Origin: Paragordius varius
Lineage: Eukaryota; Animalia; Nematomorpha
NCBI GenBank assembly: GCA_964247055.1
Contig: OZ176057.1
Location: 6,014,001 to 6,078,000 of the forward strand
Length of the DNA: 64,000 bases
Direction of reading: 5' to 3'
This document shows, one piece after another, positions 1 to 12,629 of this stretch. Positions within the stretch are counted from its first letter, which is position 1. The number at the start of each line of letters is the position of its first letter. The position numbers were made by a program, and so were the translations under genes. The notes under the pieces were generated by a model. It did no database searches. It was not told the origin of the DNA and saw only the letters and a program-made list of their open reading frames with translations.

Positions 1-92
1 TTAGATTGTTGTAGAAAACAAATTATTTGTCTTTATATTTCAACATTCATAATTTTTTTACTTTTAATGTATAACTAATATTTGTTCAACAG

Positions 93-2147
93 ATGTATGT
101 TAAGGCATGTTTTGATTACGATGCACAAAGCGATGAATTAAATCCATGTCCCCAGGCTGGATTGTCGTTCTCAGTTGGTGACATTCTTAAAATTAATTCC
201 AAACACGATTCTGATTGGTGGCAGGTTAGTTTTAAGGAATTTTTGAACAGAAAAGAATTTTTTTCGGTTTTAAAAGTTTTATGAATTAAAAAGTATAATT
301 TTGAAAACTTTTTTTAAGTTTTATGATTAATGAAATATATTTTCGAAAAAAAAAGAATTGAATAAATAAGGTAAATATATATAGTTTTCTTAAATCAATT
401 CCAAACACGATTCTGATTGGTGGCAGGTTAGTTTCAATATTTTTTAAAAGATTTTTTGATTTTGAAAATTTTTTTTCGAGTTTAAAAGAGTATAATTTTA
501 AAAAGTTTTTAGTTTTAAAAGTTATGATTTTGAAAACTTTTTTTCTACTTTTAACAGTTTTGATTTTGAAAACTATTATTTCTAAAGGATAATAATATAG
601 AGTTTTTAAAATTAATTCCAAACACGATTCTGATTGGTGGCAGGTTTTAATATATTTTAAAGAGAAAAGAATTTTTTGGTTTTAATAGTTATGATTTTAA
701 AAGAGTATAATTTTGAAGACTTTTTTTTAGTTTTATGATAATTTTCTAAACAAATAAAGGTATATAAAGGTTAATCTAAAATTAATTTATAGTATTATCA
801 ATATTAATTCCAAACACAAAGAAACATAACTTTTTTTCAATTATTAAAAGTTGTGATTTTTGAAACTTTTTTTGTAGTTTTATGATAATTTCATAAAAAA
901 TAATTGAATGATAAAAGTGAATAAGGGTTATGAAATTAAATGATAATATATATATATATATATATACATAGTTTTCTCAAAATTAATTCCAAACACGATT
1001 CAGGTGTCAGGTTTTTATATTTTTGAACAGAAAAGAATTTTTTGGTTTTAAAAGTATTGAAAAGTTTTATAATTTTGAAAATTTTTTTCTAGTTTTATGA
1101 TAATGAATATTTTTGAACAGAAATTTTTTTAAAGGACTTTTTCGAGTTTAAAAGTTATGATTTTAAAAACTTTTTTTAGTTTTATGATAATGGTTAATAT
1201 TTTTAAACGGAAAAGAATTTTTTTGAAGGACTTGTTTCGATTTTAAAGTTATGATTTTGAAAACTTTTTTTAGTGATTAATGAAATATATTATGATAATT
1301 TTTTAACAAAAAATAATTGAATGATTAAAATTTAAAGTATAATATAAAATTAAAGGATAATATTTCTTAAAATAAATCACGATTCTGATTGGTGTGATAG
1401 GTAAATTTTTAAAACTTTTAAAAAAAGTTTTTAACTTTAAAAGTTATGAGATAAATGTAATTTAGTGACTAAAATTAAGTTGATAAGCGTTTAATAACTA
1501 AACAACAATTTTAAACCGAAAAAAAAGTATATAATTTTTTTAATTTTTCAAATTTTTCAATTCCAGACACGATTCTTAATGGTGGCAAATTAAATTTAAT
1601 GCAAAAAAAACTCTATAGAAATTTCCATAAAATTGTATATTTATATAAATGTTTTTTTGTAATGAAACATTTTATTTTTGTATTGGATAGTGTTGTCTAT
1701 CGGTAAATTATATAATTTCAATGCGAATATTTTATTCAGATGATATAAGTTATAACCATATCAAGCATAAATAAATACCTTTTTCGTGTTTTAAAATTAC
1801 TTTTATATTTTTTCATTTTCAATTCTTATGCCTTAATTTCATATTTTGTAAAAAAAAAAATTCAGGAATTCTCATATAAATTAATCTATTATATAGATTT
1901 TTTTATATTTATCTATGATTATATATGTATATATTAATATTTTTTGAAATTATATAGTATTATTTATTGATAACCTATTATATAATTCAAATGCGAATAT
2001 TTTATAATCAGATATAAGTTATAACCATCATATTTGTGTTTTATTACTTTTATTTTTTTACATTTTCAATTCTTATGCCTTTCAATTTCATATTTAATAA
2101 AAAAATAAGGAATTCTCATATAAATTTATCTATATATAGGTTTTCTT

Positions 2148-2200
<53 letters not shown>

Positions 2201-5200
2201 TTTGTAATAAAACATTTTATTTTGTAATCAAATAGTATTGTCCCTTGATAACCTAAATATAATTCCAATGCGAATATTTTAATCAGATGATATAAGTTAT
2301 AACCATATCAAGCATAAATAAATACCTTTTTCGTGCTAAAATTACCCTCATTTTTTACATTTTCAATTCTTATGCCTTTCAATTTCATTTTTTTCTAAAA
2401 AAATTCAGGAAAGTAAAAAAAAACAAGGAATTCTCATATAAAATTATCTAAATATAGGTTTTTTTATATTTATCTATGATTATATATGATTATATACATA
2501 TAAATGTTTTTTGATATTATATAGTGTTGTTCATTGATAACCTATTATAAATTCCAATGCAAATATTTTAACAGATATAAGTTATAACCACATATCAAGC
2601 ATAAATATTTATCTTTTTTGTGTTTTAAAATTACCTTTAATTTATTACATTTTCAATTCTTATGCCTTTCAATTTCATATTTTTCTAAAAAAATCAAGGT
2701 AAAAAAACTTATAAATTTATCTATATACAGGTTTTTTTATATTTATCTATATACCATTTACAGTTCGAATTCACCCTTGAACAATTACACCCTCAAACAA
2801 TTCAAATTCACCTTTGAACAATTCAAATTCACCCTAAAAATAAATTATGTATTTTCGAACTAATACAACTCATTATTAATATGAAATATATGTTTATGTT
2901 ATAGTTTATTATTTGTTCAGTATTATTTTAATTTAAAACAAAATTTTTATTTTTTAAAAATATATAAATATATTGGTAATTTTTAATCTTAAAAAACATA
3001 TATTTTATTTGAGGGTGAATTTGAATTGTTCGAGGGTGAATTTGAATTGTTCGAGGGTGAATTTGAATTGTAAATGGTATATATCTATGATATATATAGG
3101 CCACCAAAATTTACGATTTTAACGTACACAATGAGGCGCTAAAACAGTTGGTACTAAATTTACAAAACTCAAAATCAGGTGATCTAGAAGCAAATAATTC
3201 CTCAACAACGCATAATAATAATGTTGGAAATTCAGTTTATTTCAACCATCCTAACAGCAGTAGCACAACAAGCAATGATTTATCCTCCTGTAGTAATAAT
3301 TCTCTTTCTTCAAACAACACTTCGTTAGACCGGAATAGAAATAACTTAGTTAATTCCCCTCCTCAAAATAATTATCAGCAGGTAAGTTTGAAATTATAAA
3401 GTTTAGTCCTTAAAGGAATAATGGGATTTAAAAATTTCTTGGAATTCATTGGATTTTTTGAAAAATTTCTTGAAATTGGGATTTATTTTATTCATTTTAT
3501 AGTTAGACACGTAAAAAGACAATTTTTTTAAAAGACGATTTACTTTTTTAAATCTTAAATTATACGGTATTTGAATTATTCATTTTATAGAACTTATATG
3601 GACAAAACGCAAAAATATAAAGATATTTTTTTTAAAAGCCAACTTACTTTTTTAAACCTTAAATTATACGGGATTCGAAATATTCATTTTAAATTGAAAT
3701 TCTATTGAAACGTAATAGTTTAAAGACAAATTTTTTTTCAATATACAACTTACTTTTTTAAAACCTTAAATTATACGGTATTTGAATTATTCATTTTATA
3801 ATTGAAATTATAATGATACGTAAAAATATAAAGACAAAATATTTTTTCAAAAGACGACTTACTTTTAAACCTTAAATTATACGGGATTCGAAATATTCAT
3901 TTTATAATTGAAATTCTATTGAAACGTAATAGTTTAAAGACAAATTTTTTTTCAATATACAACTTACTTTTTTAAAACCTTAAATTATACGGTATTTGAA
4001 TTATTCATTTTATAATTGAAATTATAATGATACGTAAAAATATAAAGACAAAATATTTTTTCAAAAGACGACTTACTTTTAAACCTTAAATTATACGGGA
4101 TTCGAAATATTCATTTTATAATTGAAATTTTAATGAAACGTAAAAAGACAAAAAAATTTCAAAAGACAACTTACTTTTTTAAACCTTAAATTATCGGGAT
4201 TCGAAATATTCATTTTATATTGAGATTATAATGAAACGTAAAAATGTAAAGCCAAAAATTTTTTCAAAATACAAATTACTTACTTTTAAAACCTTAAATT
4301 ATACGGGATTCGAAATTATTCATTTTATAATTGAATTATCCATTTATTGATAAACGTAAAAAAAGACAAATTTTTTTCAAAAGACGACTTACTTATTTTA
4401 AATCTTAAATATACGGGAATTGATTGTGTTACCAATATACATCTCTATTTTTTACTTTAGAGTTTAAAACAATAAGTTATATTCAAAAAAAACCAAGATT
4501 TATAAAGTATGGTTGTCTTTTAAAGAAAAAATATATGTCTTTATGTTTTTGTTATCTATATAATTTCAATTTTTACTATATTGATTTTTTTCCATAATTT
4601 AGTTTATATTTTAATTCAATAAACCATATAATTGTTTTTCCATATAAAAGTTTTTTAAAGGTGCGCGTACTGCCTTTAAAAATTTAGTTTTTACATAAAA
4701 AGTATAAATAACTTAAAATTATCAAAATTAAACTTAAATAATTTCATTAAAGGCCAAAAAACTAACTTTTTTTAATTGAAATTTCATGGAATTTGTTTTA
4801 TATGTATTGGTTTTGTTATCACCTAACCCTCGGGAAAATATCAATACTCATTATAACTTTAATAATTTCATTTTAAAGGCAAAAAAACTAACTTTTTTTC
4901 CATTCAAATGATGAAATTTCATGGAATTTGTTTTATATATATAGGTTTTGTTATCACCTAACCCTCGGGATAATAATCCTCATTATATCTTAAATAATTT
5001 CATTTTAAAGCAAAAACCATTTTGTTATCACCTAACCCTCGGGATAATATCAATACTCATTATATCTTAAATAATTCCAAAAAACTAACTTTTTTTCCAT
5101 TCAAATTTCATGGAATTTGTTTTATATGTATAGGTTTTGTTATCACCTAACCCTCGGGATAATATCAATCCTCACAATATCAGCCTAAATTATAATAATT

Positions 5201-6655
5201 CAACTCAAAATCAAAATAGTAGTAGTTTAGATGAATTTCAACTACAGTTGTTACAAATAAGCCCACTAAATTGTTTGTTACAACACTCTGGTAGTTTGAT
5301 TTCAGGGTTAATTCCATCCCCACAACTCCAGGAATGGAAATTAGCTTGTGAATCCCTGGAAAAATCTCAAAATAATTCTTCTAGTTTTAACGCAAATGTC
5401 AGCACTTTTTCCAGTTCGGCCGGTGGCGGTAAAAAACAGCTGACACACCAACAGACGCCCTCTAGTATATATCTATTTGTCAAAAATTGTGATTTTTGAA
5501 ATAATTTTTTCTGGTTTTTATTGGATAATATAACATTTACAATATTAAATTCACCATTAAACTTCTATTTTAATTTTCACACATAAACCAATAATGTGGT
5601 GTAGAGTGTTAAAAATTTATTAATCCGCAAACATATTTGATTTTGACAGTGTTTAATGTGTTTTCCTGTTATTAAACAGTTAATAAATAATTCATTTGAA
5701 TATTTGTCTGGCTTTTACTAGCTATGAACGTCGTAAACCTTGTTAAATTGTTTTTTTATATGTTTATTGAGATTAATCAATTCAAATTTTTATACCTATT
5801 TTGTATTTTGTCATTTTATTTTCCTGCATTTAAGGATTATATCCACCACAGTTTTTACCGTAAAAATTGAAATTATAGCGCAAAAAAACTTAAATACTAA
5901 TATTTTTTGGTCAAAACATACTTTTTATAACCTTGATTTTTTTGTTCGATAATAATTTAATTTTCCTTTCTATACAATATTGCACATATATGTACACATA
6001 TTTGTTAGTTTGATAAATAAAATAAGATACTATATCTATCAAAAATTAAGTTTTATAACAATATTTAACATTACTTTTCAAGCAAACTTTTATTAAGAAA
6101 TATTTTTATATTCAATGTGTATTCCTTAGTTAATTGTGCTTGGTTCTTGTTTCCCAATGCGTTACGGAGTAGTAAAAAAACTAATATTGCTCAAAATTCG
6201 TTACTTTTAAACACTAAATCTACACCACCCTTAACTAATCAACCAAAGACTATAAATTCAAATTCAAACACGATTTCTAATGCAAATAATTCTGTATTCT
6301 TAACTTTACAAAATCCTCCTATGCCTGGATCTCCAAATAATACCAAAAATAATTCTTCAAGCAATACCAATAATATAACGATATGTAATCCTAGCAAGTA
6401 TCTGGCAAAATTCAATGCAATTTTCGATCAACTCGACGTGTCAACTTATGAAGAAGTCTGTTTCGTACGAAATTTCAAATATAAAACGCTGGTCTTGTTA
6501 GGTATAATTTTAGATTTCCAGAAAGTTTTTATACGGACAAAACGTAAAAATATAAAGACAAAAAACGGTTTTTTTATTCTTTTGAATTGACGAGCATTAT
6601 ACTTTTTTAAAACCTTAGTTTTTTTAAGTACAATTGTAATATCTATAATTGATTG

Positions 6656-6700
<45 letters not shown>

Positions 6701-6980
6701 TTATAGCACACACTTTGTCATTTCAATGAGTAAAATTTAAAAAAATATTTTTTAATGGGGTTGTTTTATGAAAAAATAGTTGTCTTTATATTTTTACTAC
6801 GTTTTGTCCGTATATAATTTCAATTTGTACTGTATTTTGGCTATTTAAAATTGGTTAATAGGGATATTTTAAAGATGTGACATAAAAAGTTAAAAGAAAA
6901 CAAACACTATTATTTTTTGAGAAATATTTATAAATCTTCTAATTTGAAGGATTATAAATGCGATATATATATATATATAT

Positions 6981-7011
<31 letters not shown>

Positions 7012-10000
7012 ATACCAATTTATTTTATTTTTTAACCCAAAACGATTGGTAAAATCATTAGAAAAAAGGCTAGTTTTTTTATTTTATATGAATATTTTTA
7101 ATTTTTTCAGACATATAATATTAAGAAAAGTGTAATAAAAAAACTTTTTTAAAGTTAAAATTTTTTTCGATTTTTTTTTAATTTTTTTTGAAATATTTTT
7201 CAAGGTGCTCATGGGGTGGGGAGAAGACATATTAAGAATACTTTGATAGCAAATCATTCAAACTTATTTGCTTATCCTATACCACGTAATTTATATATAT
7301 AACATTGAAATTATGCGTTCGAATAAAAGTAGTATAAATATAAAGACATTTTTTTTCTAAAAGACAACCCTAACCATACTTTTTAAAACTTGAATTGATT
7401 TTTTTGAATACAACTAACTATTGTTGTTTAAATTTGTTAAGTATAAAATCAATTTATATTGGTAAAACAATCAATTTCTTATATACATACCATTTACAAT
7501 TCAAATTCACCCTAAAAATATATTATGTGTTTTCAATATAACACAACTCATTATTAATATGAAATATATTTTTACGACACATAGTCTATTATTTTTCAGC
7601 ATTATATTATTTCACACAGAATATTTCATATTAAGAATAAAGGTAATTTATAATCTTAAAAAAAACATAAGTTATTTTAGGGTGAATTTGAACTGTATAT
7701 GGTATATTAAATAATTGGAAGAATCAATTTTTATATATGAAAAATTAAATTGCTTAAAAAAGTATGGTTGAGGTTGTCTTTTTGGAAAAAAAATATTTTT
7801 GTCTTTATATTTTATCATTTGTTATGTCCGTATAATTTTAATTCTAATTGTAAATATTTGAAACTTTATGGACTAAAGAGCATATATATTGGCTAAAATG
7901 CTTTTTTTATATAATAAAGTCAATATTTTTTTCTTTATTAGGTATAAATTATATGGCAGAAATATTTGTAAATCATTCAAATTCAACATTTATGAATCAA
8001 AATTAAGGTTTTTTTTCAAAACAAATCTATATTATAAATTATTTAAACTCATTGCCTTTCTTTAATAAAATTTTAAGCATTTTTATTTAAAGCATTATGT
8101 ATAATCTCTTAATTTAAATATGCTTATATAATTTTTAGTCAAATAAATTTTAATTCGATTCAATTATATAAATTCCATAAAATTTTGTTTTATTTTTTGC
8201 CCAATAGATACCACACGTAAACCAAGACCCGACGAAATTAATGGTAAGCAATATTAAAATCTTTTTTTTTGAGAATTGCATTAAACTTAGAGTGTTGAAA
8301 TTAAACTTTTTAAAAGAGCATAAAAAGTTTAGATTTAACATTTATTAAACATTTATGAAGGATAATCTATTTTTTTTTCTTTAAAATTATTCATGATTCC
8401 AATTGAAAGATGTGAAAAATGTTAACTTTACCTAAACTATTACCATTTGCACTTTATGAGTGTCCTTTGAACTCTTCAAGACGAATCTTTAAAACTTTTA
8501 ATTTGTTTCCAACTTTTATCAATCAAACTTTATTCATCTATCCTACCATTTTTAACATTTTTCTCTTTATAAAACTTAAAGTCATTAATTATTTCCATAT
8601 AAAAAATATTTTTTAACCTTAATAAAAATTTGGTTAAAAATGAAAAAATATGTGCAAAAATTAAGTAAGGGTTTAACCCAAACTTATAAATGTTTAAGGT
8701 TAACTTGCTATGTTCAAGCAAACTTGAAGTGTCTGCCAATGGTTTTATAACCATACATTATAATTTATATTGGTATTTATTGTATTTTACTTTTTTAAAT
8801 CAAATAACCTATATATACCATTTACTTCAAATTCACCCTTAAACAATTCAAATTCACCTTTGAACAATTCAAATTCACCCTTGAACAATTCTTCACCCTC
8901 GAACAATTCAAATTCACCCTAAAATAAATAATGTGTTGTTTAAGATTAAAAATTAACTTAATTTTTTTAATATTTTTAAAATATGAAACTCTGTTTAAAA
9001 TTAATATAATGCTGAAAAAATAATAAACTCTGTTGTAAAAATTTATTTCATATCAATGTTAAGTTATATTAGCCCGAAAACACTAAATTTATTTAAAGGG
9101 TGAATTTGAATTGTTCAAGGGTGAATTTGAATTATTCAAAGGTGAATTTGAATTGTTCAAGGGTGAATTTGGGTTGTAAATGGTATATCTAAACTTTATT
9201 ACCCCTAGGTCAAAATTATTACTTTGTTCCCGTGTTTGAAAGTATGACACGAGATATTGCCAACAATGAGTACTTAGAATATGGATCTCACCAAGGCAAT
9301 CTCTATGGAACTAAACTTTCAACCATAAATCAAATCATTTCTGAGGGAAAAATTGCTGTGCTAGATGTTGAACCACAGGTAGTATACCATTTACAATTCA
9401 ATTTCACCCTTAAACAATTCAAATTCCCTCCCTTGAACAATTCAAATTCACCCTCGCTCGAACAATTCAAATTCACCCTTGAACAATTCACCTTGAACAA
9501 TTCAAATTCACCCTTGAACAATTCAATTTCACCCTCAAACAATTCAAGTTCACCCTTGAACAATTCAAATTCACCCTCAAATCAAAAATATATGTTTTTT
9601 AAGATCAAAAATTACCTATATTTTATATATTTGTCAAAAGATACAAAATTTGTTTTAAATTAAAATAATACTGAACAAATAATAAACTATGCACCATAAA
9701 GATATATTTCATATTAATAATGAGTTATATTAGTTCGAAAACATATAATTTATTTTTAGGGTGAATTTGAATTGTTCAAAGGTGAATTTGAATTGTACAA
9801 GGGTGAATTTGAATTGTTCGAGGGTGAATTGGAATTGTTCAAGGGTAAATTTGAACTGTAAATGGTATATATGCGCGCTTCTTTAGAGGGAATATAAAGA
9901 ATTAATATTGAGGATAGTATTTTTTGATTTTTATGACACAAAAATGTTAAAGAAAGAAAGACATGCAAAAATATTGCAAGCAAAACAAAGTTAATCCAAT

Positions 10001-12629
10001 TAAATATATTCTTTTTTTCGACTATAAGAGTTTCAGGCAGGTGGAATTGATTATATAGCAATCGGAATTTGAAACTACCACTTTTTATCCATAGTTTTAC
10101 ATTATACGAGTTTGTAGATGTGTTAGCTTGGTTGGTAAACGAGAATTAACATTAGAGTTTTTTTTTAATATGCAAAACATAACAAGTTAAAGTTTAATGG
10201 TTTTTTTCGGGGGGATGTTTTATAATAATTTTTTTGTTTTTTGAAAACAAGACAAGTATTTTATCCATTTATTGTCACACACGGACACATAAATTATTAC
10301 GACTGCAAAGGTTTTATAAAATTGACAATAAAAGACATCTTTTATTTCAAGTAAAATGTATTTCTAGGATTGTGCTCAAAAAAATTTGGAAAAATTAGTT
10401 AGAAAATAATCTTTTAGAGAGATTAATAATTTTAACTTTCAATAAATGTTTACCATTTTTTGAAATCTATAAAATATTTTTCATAAAATAAAATCAATTT
10501 TTTTTATTTATAAAAGCAATTTTTTAAATCAATTAATAATTGACAATTTTTTAATTTCTACAATTTAAATAAAATATTTTTTTATTTCATTTTTAGGCAC
10601 TGAAAGTGTTACGGACAGCTCAATATGCTCCATACATTGTTTTCATTGCCGCTCCTATCTTACATGATTTTCCTGATGTACATTTAATTAATTTTCAAAT
10701 ATTTTAAAATGAATTTTACAGTAAATTTATTTTAAAGATAATTTTTTTTGAAAAAATGTAATTAATTTGATTGCGAAAATTACGGTAAAAACTCAAATTA
10801 TACGGACAAAACGTAAAAATATAAAGATAAATATTTTTAAAAAAGTCAACCATACTTTTTGAATCTAGTTTTTTTTAATAATAACTCATGATTATAAACT
10901 GAAAACTATGAAATTATTATGTATTTTACAATTGTGGTTATATAATCAATATAAGAAAAATAAGGTTGAAAAATGTATAGGGTTGTCTTTTAGAAAAAAA
11001 ATATTTGTCTTTATATTTTAACATTTTGTCCGTATTTAATTTTTCCGGTAATATAATACAAAACAGTAATAAATGTCAAAATATAACGATTTTTTTTTTC
11101 AAAAGACAATCCCTTACTTTTTAAACATAAACTATTAAAGTCCGCTTGTAAAATATATGATTGATTATTTTACTCTCAATTTACTTGTCTAATTAAGAAA
11201 AATTGAATTTAATTTCAAAGGTCATTTTAATATTTGATTGATTGATTGATTTTATGTTAATATATAAAATTGATTATGTTATTACCAATTTACTTGTCTA
11301 TTATAGCTATCAATTAAATTTAATTAACAAAAATCATGCTTAATTTCAAAGGTCATTTTATATTTTATTAGGTGGATGGTTCACTTGAACGCTTAATTAT
11401 TGAAAGTGATTACCTTAAACAAACTTACAGACATTGTTTTGATCTCATAATCTTAAATGATGATATTGAAAAAACTATTGCCATTCTCCAACAAGCCATT
11501 TATCAAATCATGCCGACTGAAAAATTACAACAATACCTTGAAATCAATTGTTCATCCTCTATATTGTCTCCACTTTTGAAACAAAGTATAATACTATACT
11601 ACATTACAGTAAAATTTAACGAGGGATTTTTTATGATTTTGGCATGGTTGTCTTTTGAAGCAAAATATTTGTCCTTATATTTTTACACATTCTATCTGTG
11701 TAATTTCAATTTTTGTTTTGTACAATAATAAAATGAGTTTTAACATTTAACAAGGGATTTTTTATATAAAGAATTTTGCGTTTTCTGTTAGTTTTGTGTG
11801 TATTATAAAATGGAAATTGTAATTGATAAATTCCAATATAAATTCTACCTTGCTTTCTTCACTTTTGAAACAAAGTATAATACTATACAACATTACAGTA
11901 AAATTATTCGGTTATTTTGTAAGCAGTATACGTTTAAAAAAACTCGAATGTTATTACAATAAAATTTTGTGTGGACTTTTTCTGAGGTTTTATACCTTTT
12001 AATTTAATACTTTTTTAGTTTTACATCCTTTTTTATGGCAATAAAAAATTAAATTGCAGTAAAAATTGATTTTATAGATATAAAGAACATATATACAAAA
12101 ATCTAAACTTTTTAAATATTAATTTTTAAAAATTATTAATTATTGTTAAATACTGCAAAATATAGAGATGTATATTGGTAACACAATCAATTATATATTA
12201 TACGATTGTTATAAAAATTATAACAAAAAATAAAGTTTTTAAAAGTATGGGGTTGTCTTTAAAAAAAAAATTTTGTCTTAAAATTCACAATTATTTCAAT
12301 TTTTGTTTTGTACAGTAATAAAAATGAGTTTTAACATTTATTTCAATTTTACATTTACTTTAGAATTCCAAGATTACAAAATACGTCAAAAACCCGATCC
12401 TAATGCCAATCCCAATTTATTGTCCACAACAATTACAACAAACTTTCCAGAAATAATTTCCCCCCTTTGTGGAACCAGTAATGTTCCTTCGCCCAAAATA
12501 TTTACAAGTCTTTATAATCATCAACAACATCAATCAGGTCAACACGAAATGAATCATCAAAAATCAATTGAGAATTCATCACTTAGCACTACTGGACATC
12601 ATTGGGTTCCTGTCAATTGGGTCTTTTAG
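93..12629 (+). CDS. CASK: CASK/LIN-2 MAGUK, 3' portion (SH3-HOOK-guanylate kinase); 5' exons lie left of the window
   Basis: Exons with AG/GT boundaries and matching phases: 93-224, 3100-3381, 5134-5464, 6130-6501, 7205-7285, 8208-8243, 9209-9378, 10597-10677, 11372-11585, 12364-12629 (TAG). The spliced product has CASK-like motifs: YVKACFDYD...[112 protein letters not shown], and C-terminal HWVPVNWVF (CASK QWVPVSWVY). Confidence 0.93.
225..1600 (+). repeat. Diverged tandem repeats that carry the 3' end of the CASK SH3 exon plus its splice donor
   Basis: AATTCCAAACACGATTCTGATTGGTGGCAGGTT recurs at about 398-430 and 614-646. More decayed versions occur at about 803-817, 980-1012, 1365-1403 and 1556-1590. 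Confidence 0.9.
1650..2749. repeat. About 4 diverged tandem copies of a 270-300 bp AT-rich unit
   Basis: ATGCGAATATTTT...GATATAAGTTATAACCA...TTTTCAATTCTTATGCC recurs four times. Confidence 0.85.
2750..3081. mobile_element. MITE family 2 (TACCATTTAC ends, subterminal 21-bp repeats)
   Basis: Inverted ends TATACCATTTAC...GTAAATGGTATA, each arm with tandem TTGAACAATTCAAATTCACCC-like units; non-coding. Confidence 0.85.
3500..4420. repeat. Tandem array of about 105-125 bp units derived from the end of MITE family 1
   Basis: About 8 copies of AAACCTTAAATTATACGGGATTCGAAATATTCATTTT...AAAGACAAA...AAAAGAC(G/A)ACTTACTTTT. The AAAGACAAA...AAAAGACAAC..TACTTTT part matches the family-1 TIR. Confidence 0.75.
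4700..5200 (+). repeat. Tandem repeats that carry the acceptor region and 5' end of CASK exon 5134-5464
   Basis: TTTTGTTATCACCTAACCCTCGGGA(T/A)AAT occurs at about 4811, 4946 and 5020, and in the functional copy at 5135. Confidence 0.9.
6520..6835. mobile_element. MITE family 1 (Tc1/mariner-like, long TIRs), diverged copy with internal (AT)n
   Basis: ATACGGACAAAACGTAAAAATATAAAGAC on the left, inverted TTGTCTTTATATTTTTAC...GTTTTGTCCGTAT...TACTGTA on the right. Confidence 0.7.
7300..7850. mobile_element. MITE family 1 copy interrupted by a family-2 MITE
   Basis: Family-1 left arm (ATTGAAATTATGCG...AAAAGACAACC...CATACTTTT) and right arm (AAAAAGTATGGTTG...TGTCCGTATAATTT) flank the element at 7488-7706. 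Confidence 0.7.
7488..7706. mobile_element. MITE family 2, short copy
   Basis: TACCATTTACAATTCAAATTCACCC...GGGTGAATTTGAACTGTATATGGTATA. Confidence 0.8.
8814..9187. mobile_element. MITE family 2
   Basis: Same inverted ends and 21-bp subterminal repeats as 2750-3081. Confidence 0.85.
9383..9869. mobile_element. MITE family 2, longest copy
   Basis: TATACCATTTAC...GTAAATGGTATA with expanded 21-bp arrays. These arrays produce the spurious repetitive ORFs at 9330-9563 and 9756-10061. Confidence 0.85.
10785..11050. mobile_element. MITE family 1
   Basis: AATTATACGGACAAAACGTAAAAATATAAAGA... paired with inverted ...TTTGTCTTTATATTTTTAACATTTTGTCCGTATT. Confidence 0.75.

Noticed and set aside
286-621. 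111-aa minus-strand ORF and similar AT-rich ORFs (for example 2618-2863, 5740-5952, 8150-8754, 19105-19374, 47322-47585)
   Set aside because: F/L/I/K/N-biased translations of intronic or intergenic AT-rich DNA, with no motifs or splice support.
9330-10061. Repetitive ORFs (ELELFKG / NNSNSP repeats)
   Set aside because: Read-through of the 21-bp subterminal repeats of family-2 MITEs.
93-12629. MPP5/PALS1/Stardust or another p55 MAGUK
   Set aside because: [27 protein letters not shown] and the terminal WVPV.WV motif match CASK/LIN-2.
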